Below are positions 38,891 to 51,069 of a stretch of 64,000 nucleotides of DNA, piece by piece. Numbering within the stretch: position 1 is the stretch's first letter; each line of letters starts with the position of its first letter. Under the pieces are notes generated by a model. It was not told the DNA's origin, did no database searches, and saw only the letters and a list, made by a program, of their open reading frames with translations. The stretch is from Glycera tridactyla (Eukaryota), in the NCBI GenBank assembly GCA_965644265.1, contig OZ286459.1, forward strand, positions 42,904,001-42,968,000, written 5' to 3'. The position numbers and the translations under genes were made by a program.

Positions 38891-39914
38891 GATATTGTTA
38901 ACCGGGCTGCACAGTCCAGCTTACTGATGCGGGTCTATAGTAGGCCTTAACAAGGTTCGATATTTGATTTCCCAGTTATATCCTCTTGACTGGGTAGAGA
39001 TGATGGCATACAGGTTCGACTAAGCTTACTTGTTTTGCATATGCCATGGGACCAAACTTTCTAATACATCCACTTCTTATGTATTTTGCCTGAGGTTTGG
39101 GGATGATTGATTTCCTTTGCATAATTATAACATTATGGTCAGTGCCTTCTGGCGGATACTTTCCTACAGTCTTTAATACTACAAAAATCATATCAATACA
39201 GGCGTTTGTGTAGTCAGTGATTCAAGTAAGAATAATTATTTACTCACAATTGATTACGAAATTATTGATTTTCTAACAAAACCATTACTATTCACATCTC
39301 CAAGACAGGTGATCTCTGAGGCTGTACATTGACAGCAATTATCTGTAAGTTTTGATATGCATGATTGGAAATTGCAGTGTGGCAGTCTATACAGTTAGTG
39401 CGAGGGATGGGTCTGGTACATTACAACGTATCTATGACGATGATATATTGGAGGCCGAACGCTGAGGACTGTTTGAGCTATAAGCAGGTTAATAAGGTGT
39501 ATGAAAAGATGTGCATCAATAATATCCATAATATAACATATATCAACTTCACCGTCACCGAGAACAACATCAATAACGCCGACGACACCACTAATACTAT
39601 TATTAATAGTGGCAGAAGCAGCAGCAGCAACAACACTATGAACGAGGAAAGTTCCTCCACCATCAACTTCCCCACCAACCACAACCCCGAAAACATCACC
39701 ATCACAACCAATAAAACCATGGGTCTATGTGGGGGTTGGTATGTGGGTGATAGGGTGGCTAGGTACATAGGTGGGTGGTTGGGTGAGTAAATAGATGGGT
39801 TGTTGGGTACATAAGTGGGTGGGAGGGTACTTAGGTAGGTCGGCAGGTCAGTAGGTGAATAGGCTAATAGGTGGGTAGTTGGGTGGGTCAGTAGTTGCGT
39901 AGGTGGGTGGATGG

Positions 39915-40339
39915 TAGTGCTCGGACTCGATTGCAAAAGTGATGATCGATTAATCGGACTTAACAGCGATCGATTATTGATCAAATAATCGGACTTAATA
40001 TTCACCTGGCTGACCTCACAATGCTGAAGATTTGCCATGAAATCATAACTTCGTACCCATATTCAAGGCTAAGATTGAAAAATCATCAGACTTGCATCAA
40101 ATAATGTCCCCGTACCGACCATTACACTTCTAAATAAGTTTTATACTTTATGAGCTTGGTGAAATCTCCGCATCAAATCTGGAGGTTCTCACGATGACGA
40201 ATATATGCTGATGTTAACATACAAGTACCAAAAGAATCCTTAATTTTTTGATCGATTATCAAGTTTCATGAACGATTAATCGAATCAGACCTCTCAACGA
40301 TGCGATGATCGATATAATCGGGTAATCGTAGGTGCACTA
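39915..40339. mobile_element. hAT-type MITE with perfect 8-bp TSD
   Basis: TAGTGC...GCACTA ends, GTGGATGG on both flanks, and many subterminal CGATTA/TAATCG motifs; inserted in a (GGTA/GGTG)n tract. Confidence 0.85.
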
Positions 40340-41859
40340 GTGGATGGTCAGGTGGATGGGTGGGTGGGTGGGTGGATGGTAGGTAGGTAGGCAGGCAGGC
40401 AAGCAGGCGGGCAGGCAGGCAGGCAGGCAGGCAAGCAGACAGGCAGGTGGGTACCTAAGGAAGGTTGGTACGTAGGTAGGTAAGGGTTGGTCATGCGTGA
40501 TGGTAATGACTGAAATCGATAGCTCGTCGGCGATCGACAAAAGAAAACTTTGCCTTGCCTGTATAACTGAATACCGTCAGGTGCTGGAAAGTTTCAAGCA
40601 CTCATTACATTCCATGTCATCTTATAGACTCCCGCAAAAGTCTACGATTTCTACACCTATTCCTGTATTATTGCATACTGATGAAATGATATTCAATTTT
40701 CCTAACTCGAATCAACCAATGTATTTTCATCCATAGATGCACCACCGACTAAAACAACACCCCATAACACCAACACCACAACCAGTACTGCCTCTGTCAG
40801 CAAGAGCAACACGATCACCATTGACAAGGAAAACACCGACAAAATCAACTCCACCACCATCAAGCACATTATCTATGACATCAACAACACAAGCAACGAC
40901 AATACCTATATGCCATCGACAATACAATCAACAACGACAACCCCTATATTATCAGGGCCAAAACCAATACCAAAACCATCACCTTCAACGGAAGAAATAC
41001 CACCCAACACTAAAACCACAATCAATACGACAAATAACGGGGGCAGTAAAAATGCCATGACCATTAACACGGGACTCACCAACATCAACCTCACCTCCAT
41101 CAAAAACAAAGCCCATCGAAAGCCCATCAAAAACACACCACAGCCAATGCCTTTGCCACAAGAGTTAGCAGCCGTAGCAACAGCAACACAATTAACAATG
41201 AAAACCCCATCAACTCTGCCAACCCCATCAAACACCAACATGACATCACTGATGAAAATCACACTACCAAAACTAAGAACATGAGACAACATTAACAACA
41301 ACAATCGGACTACCAAAACACCATGAAAACAACTACCATCATCAACATAACAACACCATCCTCAACAGTCACAGAACGAATACCACCAACAGCCACCAAT
41401 ATATCCATGACCACCAATAAAAGGCACAACACAACCAAAATGACCACCACCACCACCAACATCAGCACTACCAAAATTCACATGCGAGTGATAACATGGC
41501 CATCACCAGCCACAGATATAATCATTACATACCATAAACAACCATACCACAAACAGCACCAAAGCCAGCAAGAATACCACCAACATCCCCCACCTTTGTC
41601 AGCGACCCTTGCATCATATGACTCATGTATAACTGAAGCAGAATGCTGTCGATCATGCTACTACATTTCTTCAACTTTGTCGATAAACATTGTCACATGG
41701 TTCTCCAACAGTTGTACGGTAGTAATCTTTCTTTGAATAGGAGGATATATTCTGGCTTGGCAAATTCCAAATTGCGAATACCAATTGTGCAAATAGTTCT
41801 GTCTCCAGTCGGCAACGCCATTTACCATCCTCAAGCGAGTGTGAAGGTTTCTGGCCAAC

Positions 41860-42170
41860 CTTGAGGGCGAATTCGACCCATCAGGCGCAGTGATTTCTCC
41901 AAGATGCATCTCGTGCACTTGCTTCATGCTGATTCGCTTATGGACTGGGAAGAGAAGCTTTGAAATGTAGGTCAGTAATGGGAGCTTTAATCAATCAATT
42001 GGAGTGCTGCTGAGCTGAAGTTGTGGCTCAAGACTGGTTGAGTTCCACTTCCAGTTGTTTTCTAATTGTCCAATATTGGTACCATTTGGAAAGACCTAAT
42101 ACGATTAGCATTGCTAGTAAGCAGATGACCGACTGGGATGTGATTTCGACAAATCAGCATTTGGTGGTCT
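41860..42170 (-). pseudogene. Degenerate Penelope GIY-YIG endonuclease
   Basis: Frameshifted ITSQSVICLL...QY(I)GQ..KQL and TAPDGSN segments match the GIY-YIG N- and C-terminal motifs. Confidence 0.5.
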
Positions 42171-42827
42171 GTGGATATTTGATCAAAATGGTTCTGGTGG
42201 TTAGCTTCTGTCCGCTAGAGGGTTGATTGTCTGAAACGTATGGATAATGGAGGGAATTGACATAAGGTAATTTGCCATACACTACATTCAGAGGATTTGC
42301 TACTAGCGGGTGTTTCCAGTCAATGCTGGGTTTGAAATGCCTGGAACTCGAAAAAGACCAGAACAAATGAACTGATTTCGCCCTTTTTCCATAGCAATAT
42401 GTCTCTACAATTCTGATTGCATTATCATTATCATTATAATTATCATATACATTCATATCTGAATATATTCATTTTAGGATTAAGATTCCACTTCTTGCTG
42501 AAAATTTCTCCCAATTAGACACGTCGGTGTCTATGATTTATAATTTAACACTTCCCAATTTTGATCTCTCAGTGATAACCTTACTTTCCACTTTAAATTT
42601 TGGAAGATTTTCCGACACGATGAGATTAGGTTTTGATCTCTCCATCTGTCATTTCAGTCCTACCACCTTTCATCATTGGATCAACATGATCCTTGAGCAA
42701 GGGGTAGGTATTCCCCACCACTCGAGTACATATTCCCCAGAAGGGTACTTAAAGTCGACCTTTCTCCACGGAGACAGCTCCATCTCCCTGGTGCTCGGGC
42801 TACTCGGATCCTAGGTCAGATCAAAAA

Positions 42828-42863
42828 CCACCTGATGAGGACGCAGTCCGAAAAGCTTAGTGG
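42828..42863 (+). ncRNA. Minimal type I hammerhead ribozyme in a Penelope-like pLTR
   Basis: CCAC-CTGATGA-GGAC-GCA-GTCC-GAA-AAGCTT-A-GTGG. Complete catalytic core, 4-bp stem I, 4-bp stem II, palindromic stem III and a UUA cleavage triplet. Confidence 0.82.
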
Positions 42864-43299
42864 ACTCTGCCTGAATCTCCACTTGGCTTGAGATGTTCCT
42901 TACAAGCCACATGTATTCAGTCGCTGTTCCTGCAAGTTCTCTGCATGTTCCTGTCGTTGTCCATCACCAGTGGAATAACCAGATCAGTTTTGGAGTACGT
43001 GATTCGTTGGGTCCTTTCCTTCACACTACTATTATTATATTAGTGGAATAATCGATCATCATTGGAGTATGTGAATTCGTTGGGTCCTTCCTTCACACTA
43101 TATATTTTTATCATTATTATTATTATTATTATTATCATTATTATTATTATTATTATTATGGAGTTCCACAGCCTTGTTGTGTCTTCTCCTCTCAGACTAG
43201 TATTATTATTATCATTACTATAATGAAAATGTTTTCGTATACCTTTATGTAAATTCTTCTTAGAGACCAGTTGTGATTATGTCATACCTTAGTCCTTAC

Positions 43300-44182
43300 C
43301 CCAGTGCGATATGAGGTTTCTAATGAAGAATAATAGATATGGACGGGATACCTGTTCCCAATATTGGGACATGTGTGTAATACTTTTGGAGGTTTTGATC
43401 TTACTCCGACTTGATAAGTGAACAAGCAATTTCTGTCACTAGTTTTCATGACTCAATGTAGGATGTATGGGTACGACATGTGTGCCCACTTTTGTGATCC
43501 ATCTTTATATGTCTGTCTGATGATTTTCCCATAACAGTTAGAAAAGCTTCATGGGAAATGTGTTGTCTTTTTGCCTGAGATCCTCCATGTACACAAGGAA
43601 CATTAAAATAGAAGTGTGGAGCTCAAAAGTCTGCGTTGTGTCTTATCCTCTTACACGGATGTTATCATTATTATACACAAAAGGAAATCAGCAGGTAAAA
43701 TCAATTTACATTCATCAATTAATCTCTTAAGGCTTGCAATTGGGCACATACAAATTTCCGAGGATGTTCATACAGAAGGCTTATTCCTCATTGGTTTGGG
43801 TATGGTGCTCGAGGATCTTGTCTGGAATCCTGCCCAGTTTCAGCCAGAGTAGTTTTCGCGTAGGAGTAGGAAACTCACTGTCATGATTTTCTTGTGTTTT
43901 TCCGTATTTATTTGTAGCGGGGTGCTGTATCAGCAAATCCAGTGGTAGGAATCCTAACAAGCTCAGGTCTTAGCCATTTCGTCTATGCATGGAATAAGTT
44001 ATATTACTTTAAATAATGCATCCCTGATGACCAGAAGTATTGAAAACCCTTCATTGGATTTTGGCAGATGCAGACAGTCAAGGTGTACTCTTCCCATGTA
44101 GTGGGGCCTTCTGCACTGACATCATTCTTTTGGCCAATTGGCATAAGGTACATGGTTGGACGCAATGATAAACGTTACTCGG

Positions 44183-44272
<90 letters not shown>

Positions 44273-45290
44273 AGCTACAGGTTGTATATATTTCATGAGT
44301 TGTTAGAGCCGTTTGGATCATAGATCCATCTCAGTAAACGGTCTTCATCAAAAACCCAGTTGCCAATGTCATCCATTATTCGCTTTCATTTTTAGTAAGG
44401 CACCCTTCCAATTAACAGGTAATCAATAATCTTTGAAGATTTACGATGTCCTGCCTGTTCATCTCGAAGTTCATATCAATGCTCCAGGAAGGAAAGGGAG
44501 AGTTTTTTCTTCCTCGTGGAATGTGAACTTGTCTTCAGTGGTGCCATCTTCGTGATCATTGACTGTTTGCTGTTCCTCAAGTCAATATAAGTGTGTAACT
44601 CAGGTAGAGGGATAGTTTCTTGATGTATGGCCATCACCTGCTTCGAGACATATACATGGTCCCTGGTTTCAGTTTCGATCTCCGTCGCGATTTTTGCTGA
44701 CCAGTGGTCAGAAGAAAGAGAATAGTGGGGTTGATCTTCTCTGAAGACTTCTTCCTAACGTCCCTCATCATTATCATCCATTCCGAAGGATGTATCATGC
44801 GCAACGTCAAGGTCGGATCTTGGGAGTGATTTAATTCGCTTGAGACAACTGGCTACCTTTGATTGCAAGAGTTGGAAGATGTGCCAACTATGTGGTGAAT
44901 TCCATAACCAAGCTGAATGTTTCTTTCTAGTTGATGTGCCGCTTGCTTTGACATGCATTACTTGCTGGGAGATGCATTCCCCAGATGTATCTGTGGTCAC
45001 AATAAAAGATCTGCTCGTGTCCGGGTCGACCAGAACCGTATTTTGAAGTAGCTCACTGGGAATATCTGCCAAGCTCTCCTCCATTTCTAGAGTCCATTAA
45101 CCCCCCCCCCCTCACTTTAGAGAGCTTGGTGGAATGGTGCTGTCCTTTAGAATGCAATCGAGTGATTTTTTCAGTAGCGCCCTGTGAATCTGCCAAACTT
45201 TCATCCATTTCTGGAGTCCATTGAAATTTTGCCTCCCTTTTCAGGGCTTGTTGGAGCAGTGCTGTCCATCTGGAATACGATGAAATGATC
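43300..45290 (-). mobile_element. Decayed Gypsy/Ty3 LTR retrotransposon pol (RT end, RNase H linker, integrase)
   Basis: TAPLQQALKREAKFQWTPEM; VLVDPDTSRSFIVTTDTSG; EQ....KIIDYLL.G; zinc finger [11 protein letters not shown]; core GRVHLDCLHLPKSNEGFSILLVIRDA. Many stops and frameshifts. Confidence 0.8.
44188..44267. repeat. (CT)n microsatellite within the Gypsy integrase relic
   Basis: Direct reading. Confidence 0.95.
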
Positions 45291-47989
45291 CACCGCGTAG
45301 GCAGTTACATTGTAGGCAGTTACACCCACATCCACGATGTGGGAAAGAAAGGGGGCATTTGTATTTCTGTCACTGCTACATATTGCATGTTTATGGATGA
45401 CTGGTGATTGCCTGTTTTTGTTTTGTTGGAGGAACCTATTTCACTTTAAGTACGACGAGGTCTGACGCTCAATTCAATTTGGAAGAATAGTAATTGATAA
45501 CCAGACCTTGGCCTAAGCCAACTGTGACTGCCTGCAACGATAAGGAGAGTTCTACTAAAATTTTGATGAAGACATGCAGATTCGATCAAAACAGATAGAA
45601 ATGTATAGGAGGCACCCTTGTTATGTGCCTAAAACATTGACCTTAGGCCTACTGCAATGCCAAAGATCAAAAGTCAAGGTCAAAGTCATAATCAATGTTA
45701 AGGTCAAGGCCGGCTGGTCACTGAAATGAGACTCTGAAGACAATAGCTATTAGAATGCCCCTCCATTCTAGCGGGGAGGACATATAGCATAACTGACCTA
45801 GCGGGGCCAAGACCATTGTGCTTGATCTATAGGTGCTTCTGGTAATGGTCGTTTGTAACGCGAAAGACCATCCCACACAGGCAAAGTATAACGTTGATAG
45901 AATTCCCTAACATTTCCAAATTAAATGACAATAGAACCTTGCAACCATACCACCACATTGTACTACTTCGAGGGCATTTCTCCAGAAATGGGAATTCCGA
46001 TATATAATATATATAATTCAATATATTACGTTGGGATAGAAAAGACGCCTAATGGAGTTACAATACCAAGTAACGAAAATACTTTTGAAAAATCTCGTCA
46101 TTTCTCCAAGGTTTCTCTGGGTGGAAATAGTGCGTCTTTGCATCTTTTGTCCGATCTATGAAACTTTAATAATGGTGCTTTTTGATTCATGAAAAAATGA
46201 TTCTTTCTGTACTTCTGCGTCCCTTGGTAAAGATGTGGACATATCAATGGAATTCAATTGAATGCCTCGAAAAATAACGATTGTTTTCACTTGATTTATG
46301 GCTCACTCGTTAATCGATTGAGTAATGCCCAACGGTTCTTCAACCATGGATGGTGACCCCTATTCTCAGCGATATCAGTATAGCAAAAGGGGCATAACTG
46401 TCCATTTTCACATTTGCGGTTCTTCCATTGAAAATCATAGTAGGACGATAGGAGAATAGGGGTGACCGATTTCCTTTATCCCTAGAGAGAAGCAACTTTC
46501 TTATAATTTATGTCGATGATTTTTTCTAGGGATATGAATGAGATCTACCTCGCAAAGTGAGCTCGAACATGATTGAATGGTCTTCCGAAGAACTGACCGA
46601 GATTTTGAATACTTCTGCAAGATCTCTGACACATGTAAACCATACGATGGGAGCTCTAATTGATGCCATCTTCAAAATGTTGTCTCACAGAATGATTAAA
46701 GAAAGCCAGGAATCTGAAATGATCTTATCCGTATGGGTCTTGGGGTTGTACAGCACGAACCATATTGAAAAGTCTGTACTGATCGATTTTGTGCATTAGG
46801 AGGATCCTCGGCACCTAGGATAGCCCAACTCAAACTGTCCACAATATCCTTTCTAATGCTCACTTGGATGAAGTCATATTGCCTCCCACTGAACACCTAG
46901 AAATCCCTAGCCGGGCTGGAAACAATTCAGTGATTTACAACAAGTGGGCTCTAGCCTGTCATAATGTACAGATGTTTTTTTCTAGCAATTACTGTGATCC
47001 AATATTGCATTAGCTGTGACTGAGGATATGTGTCTGTGTGTAAAAGTGTGAGTGGAAGCTAATACCCGTAATGATCATTCCAATTTATTTATTTTTCCCC
47101 TAGTTATTTCCGTTTGTGATGTTGTATATATGTAGATAATACCTCTGGCAACCCTTTCCTGCTTGTGTATGCCGGAAAAAATTGTGTTCAATCAATTGCA
47201 TACCTATACTATCTGTATTCACGAGTTAAAATAAAGTTTATTTGATTTGATTTGATTTGATTTGACTATCATTTACTTCAATTGCTTCTTCAATGATCCA
47301 CCAAGACTCATTTGGATCATGTATAACTTGATTACTGCTATGGGTGTCTTTATCTAAATTGTCACCAGCTAGAGTGAAGTCCACTATGGAAGATTGAATT
47401 CTAAATGGGCAATGTGAGACATTTTCGAGACAAGTAGCAATCTCCATCTTTCGGGATTATTGACCAAAATCGGTAGGATTTCTTGGCTCTTAAGGATTGC
47501 TGTTATTGAGTCTCTCTCCGTCTTCATGTTTCTGGTCAGCAGTAATTTCAATGCATTCACCTCCCATCCTTTTGATTCATCTGCTGTCGGTAGAACACGC
47601 TAAACCTACAGTTCCTCTGATATCACTTAATCATCTTTCAGGGATTCGTGATCTCAACCATAACCATTGCATGGGCATCTCAATATAGCCAAGTTGGTGC
47701 TCATGAAACACTTAAACAAACAACAACCAATCAATCCCTTTTAGGCTGTCAGAGTAGGGCATCGGTCAATATTAAGTCAATAAATGCAAACACATAGGAT
47801 TGACCAGTGTGTGCTAAGTCTTCATTTGAGAAAAAGCTGTGCAAACGTGGTGCATTATTTGTTGCCTGTGAATAGCCAGATAATTAACCCGTCCCACATT
47901 ACCTGCTCCTTACCAGTGATTACACCTTGAGTGACAGCGACTTTCATGGACTTTCACCTTCTGCTTGAGGCCCAGATAGAGGAGTCTGG

Positions 47990-48385
47990 AATGGTCCCAC
48001 CCATGCTCATTGCATAGGTGTCACAATATAGCACACGTGGCGCTAATGTGACCTTAAACTGGAACCAACCATCGCTGCTATTTTCCAGCGAATGGGTATT
48101 CTTATGGACCTACATGTGAATAACGTCAATACCTATAGTCTGTCTCAATCTCACTCAAAGATATCGTTGTTGTCACCAGCAACGATTCACTTATGAGGCC
48201 CTCGCTCGCTCATTGCTTAAGTAGTCTATGATCGCCCAGCAACAAGCTGACGTCGTAGGATAACGTAGGGCATCCCCGGCCTTAAAATAGCACGGGATTC
48301 CGCATCCTCGTTCTAATGAACCAATCAACACTTGCCATTTACTCAATTTGACATGTCAGTCGTGGTAGGTGGAAACGGGGCGAGG
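47990..48385 (+). promoter_or_regulatory. Putative PRKCSH proximal promoter / 5' UTR
   Basis: Locally CpG-rich sequence directly upstream of the coding start, with CRE-like TGACGTC at 48248 and CCAAT at 48321. TSS not determinable. Confidence 0.45.
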
Positions 48386-48509
48386 ATGACAAGACTTTTC
48401 CAAATTTCTGGTTCCACGATGCACTCCTTTGTGTTTTTGGTTTGCTTAGTCGCACTGACATCTTCAGTGGGTGGAGAAATAAAGCGCCCGAGAGGGGTTG
48501 CTATCTCAA
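48386..48509 (+). CDS. PRKCSH: Glucosidase II beta subunit, exon 1 (signal peptide; MTRLFQISGSTMHSFVFLVCLVALTSSVGGEIKRPRGVAIS)
   Basis: Hydrophobic signal followed by KRPRGV, the conserved PRKCSH N-terminal motif. Donor A|GTAAGT at 48510 (phase 1). The start could instead be ATG 48419 or 48353, all in frame. Confidence 0.88.
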
Positions 48510-48830
48510 GTAAGTTGCCCTCGTTTATTGAGTCGCGTAGCACGCGTGTTTGTTGTCATTGGTTTTGCCGGCAGCAAGATTCTTGGTCTTGGACCAATTT
48601 CATGTTGACAGTCGGACAATGGCTAGAACTATTCACCCGCTCTCAGCTCTTGGAAAATAAAACTATTGCATGTTGTTTCTGATTTGGTAATGTCCATACG
48701 TGGCCAAGAAAGTGCAGCAAGGTCCCTGTCGACTCTGGTCGTTGGTGTGCCACGTTCCCTGGTTCTACTCTCAATTACTTGTATTATCGCCATGGTGTAG
48801 GCCCTTTCACCAGTGTTGACATCGGGATCA

Positions 48831-49183
48831 GGACAACTCGTAACCGAGACCGCTCGTACCCGGGAAGCGGGACAGGTCGTACCCCGTACGTGGAAGCACT
48901 TGTACCCTCGCCGATCACGGGTTCACGGGGAGGCTACACCTTGCGGTCTCATGATTCCCGTACTCGGGGCTATGAATTATTGAACATCTTTGTTTCAACC
49001 ATGTTCCCAGCGATGAAATTTGTCCAAACTTCAAGGATCGATAGGTATACTTGTTGACATCAATGGCTAGGATTATTAACCAAGAATTCCCAACAGTTTT
49101 AAGATAATCAGCGGAAAACCGCCGCGGTTACGACTTGTCCCGGGGATATGCGGGGTACGAGCGGTCTCGGTTACGAGCTGTCC
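48831..49183. mobile_element. MITE with ~55-bp TIRs (intron 1)
   Basis: GGACA(A/G)CTCGTAACCGAGACCGCTCGTACCC at both ends, inverted. Confidence 0.8.
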
Positions 49184-49327
49184 GACATTCGTTGACATCA
49201 CATTGCAGATGCCTTTGCCATCTCTCATGAGGCGAGCAGAACAAAAACTCAAATTCAAGCAATTTAATGAGTGATATTTGGAATTCAAATTGCACCGGTA
49301 TCCTTAGAAGTTCAGGTGTGCTTCACA

Positions 49328-49702
49328 AATGAACACCGAGAGGCCTGAAGGATTCTGATGATTTTGTGTTCGTATTCACCAGCCGCTCACCAGTATTCAG
49401 CATATGCTTGTACATCTTTGTTGGGATAGATAGTTTGATGGAATTTGTACGCCATATTTCCTGGTGATGTGCGAATAGGCTGCTCCTCGCAGGCCTGGGG
49501 CGATTACATGCAAAGTGTACAAATTGTGGTGTGATATCCCACAGGGAGGTGGGCCAATCAACAGGTATCAGTCTTACACCCTTGGTCGCGTGAGACTGTG
49601 TTCAAGACCAGCTGAAATTGTGATTTCACTTATTAGTGTGTGAGCGGCTGGTGAATGTGAACACAAAATCATCAGAATCCTTCAGGCCTCTCGGTGTTTA
49701 TT
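49328..49702. mobile_element. MITE with ~62-bp TIRs (intron 1)
   Basis: AACACCGAGAGGCCTGAAGGATTCTGATGATTTTGTGTTC..ATTCACCAGCCGCTCAC is inverted at 49640-49702. Confidence 0.85.
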
Positions 49703-49727
49703 ATGTCTCCCCCTGATGGGGGGAGAC

Positions 49728-50408
49728 NNNNNNNNNNNNNNNNNNNNNNNNNNNNNNNNNNNNNNNNNNNNNNNNNNNNNNNNNNNNNNNNNNNNNNNNN
49801 NNNNNNNNNNNNNNNNNNNNNNNNNNNNNNNNNNNNNNNNNNNNNNNNNNNNNNNNNNNNNNNNNNNNNNNNNNNNNNNNNNNNNNNNNNNNNNNNNNNN
49901 NNNNNNNNNNNNNNNNNNNNNNNNNNNNNNNNNNNNNNNNNNNNNNNNNNNNNNNNNNNNNNNNNNNNNNNNNNNNNNNNNNNNNNNNNNNNNNNNNNNN
50001 NNNNNNNNNNNNNNNNNNNNNNNNNNNNNNNNNNNNNNNNNNNNNNNNNNNNNNNNNNNNNNNNNNNNNNNNNNNNNNNNNNNNNNNNNNNNNNNNNNNN
50101 NNNNNNNNNNNNNNNNNNNNNNNNNNNNNNNNNNNNNNNNNNNNNNNNNNNNNNNNNNNNNNNNNNNNNNNNNNNNNNNNNNNNNNNNNNNNNNNNNNNN
50201 NNNNNNNNNNNNNNNNNNNNNNNNNNNNNNNNNNNNNNNNNNNNNNNNNNNNNNNNNNNNNNNNNNNNNNNNNNNNNNNNNNNNNNNNNNNNNNNNNNNN
50301 NNNNNNNNNNNNNNNNNNNNNNNNNNNNNNNNNNNNNNNNNNNNNNNNNNNNNNNNNNNNNNNNNNNNNNNNNNNNNNNNNNNNNNNNNNNNNNNNNNNN
50401 NNNNNNNN
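49728..50408. other. Assembly gap (others at ~2112-2319, ~28609-28737, ~37453-37584)
   Basis: N runs; the ORFs that span them are artefacts. Confidence 0.99.
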
Positions 50409-50753
50409 GCACGATTGCAGCAAAACTACTCATCCGAATCGGATGAAATTTGGAGGGCATATCCCTTGGGATAGTCCAATGAATGGATTAGATTTTGGTC
50501 CATGTGACATAATTTTCAAGATCACCAGAGGCCTAAATTTCACCAAAATTTCACCAAAGAGGTACCAACCTTAATTAAACTCAGTCTCTGTTGTGACCCT
50601 CCCGAAATGAACTACTTCTGTTGCCTCTCCATTAATGGTTATGTAAGATTCTTCCGGTCATACAATGCTCCTTGGTCATGCTTCAATGACTTCGCGTTGA
50701 TTTCATCTCCCCTCTCTCCTCAAACAAAAGCCCCAAATTAATTAACTTCCCTA

Positions 50754-50754
<1 letters not shown>

Positions 50755-50795
<41 letters not shown>

Positions 50796-50827
50796 TGTGT
50801 GTGTGTGTGTGCTTGTGTGTGTGTGTG
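50755..50827. repeat. (GT)n microsatellite
   Basis: Direct reading. Confidence 0.95.
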
Positions 50828-50891
50828 CACGCGCATGTACATGCTCCATGTTGCTATCTGTGAATATCCCATGGCTACCATACTTGTGATA

Positions 50892-51069
50892 CAGTAGAAC
50901 CTGTCTTGGGAGACCGCCTCAGATGCCAACAAAAAGTGGTCTCTCAAGACAGGTGGTCTGTCATTGGAGGTATATTTGACTATGTCAAATAGAGAAGAGC
51001 TGGCAAAGACCAGTCTTCCATTAGAGGGTGGTCTCCCAAAAGAGGGGTCTCCCAAGACAGGTTTCACTG
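50892..51069. mobile_element. Same MITE family (intron 1); a 5'-truncated sister copy lies at 57062-57187
   Basis: TA|CAGTAGAACCTGTC...GACAGGTTTCACTG|TA. Confidence 0.85.

Noticed and set aside
39365-40038. Overlapping 95-186-aa ORFs
   Set aside because: They arise from AAC/AGC and GGTA simple repeats plus a hAT MITE.
44025-44055. CTGATGA...GAAA as another hammerhead
   Set aside because: The intervening sequence cannot form stem II, and it lies in Gypsy integrase antisense. Other CTGATGA hits also lacked stems.
49672-50474. Long ORFs of 240-262 aa
   Set aside because: They consist almost entirely of N-gap. The same applies to the ORFs spanning the gaps near 2112, 28609 and 37453.
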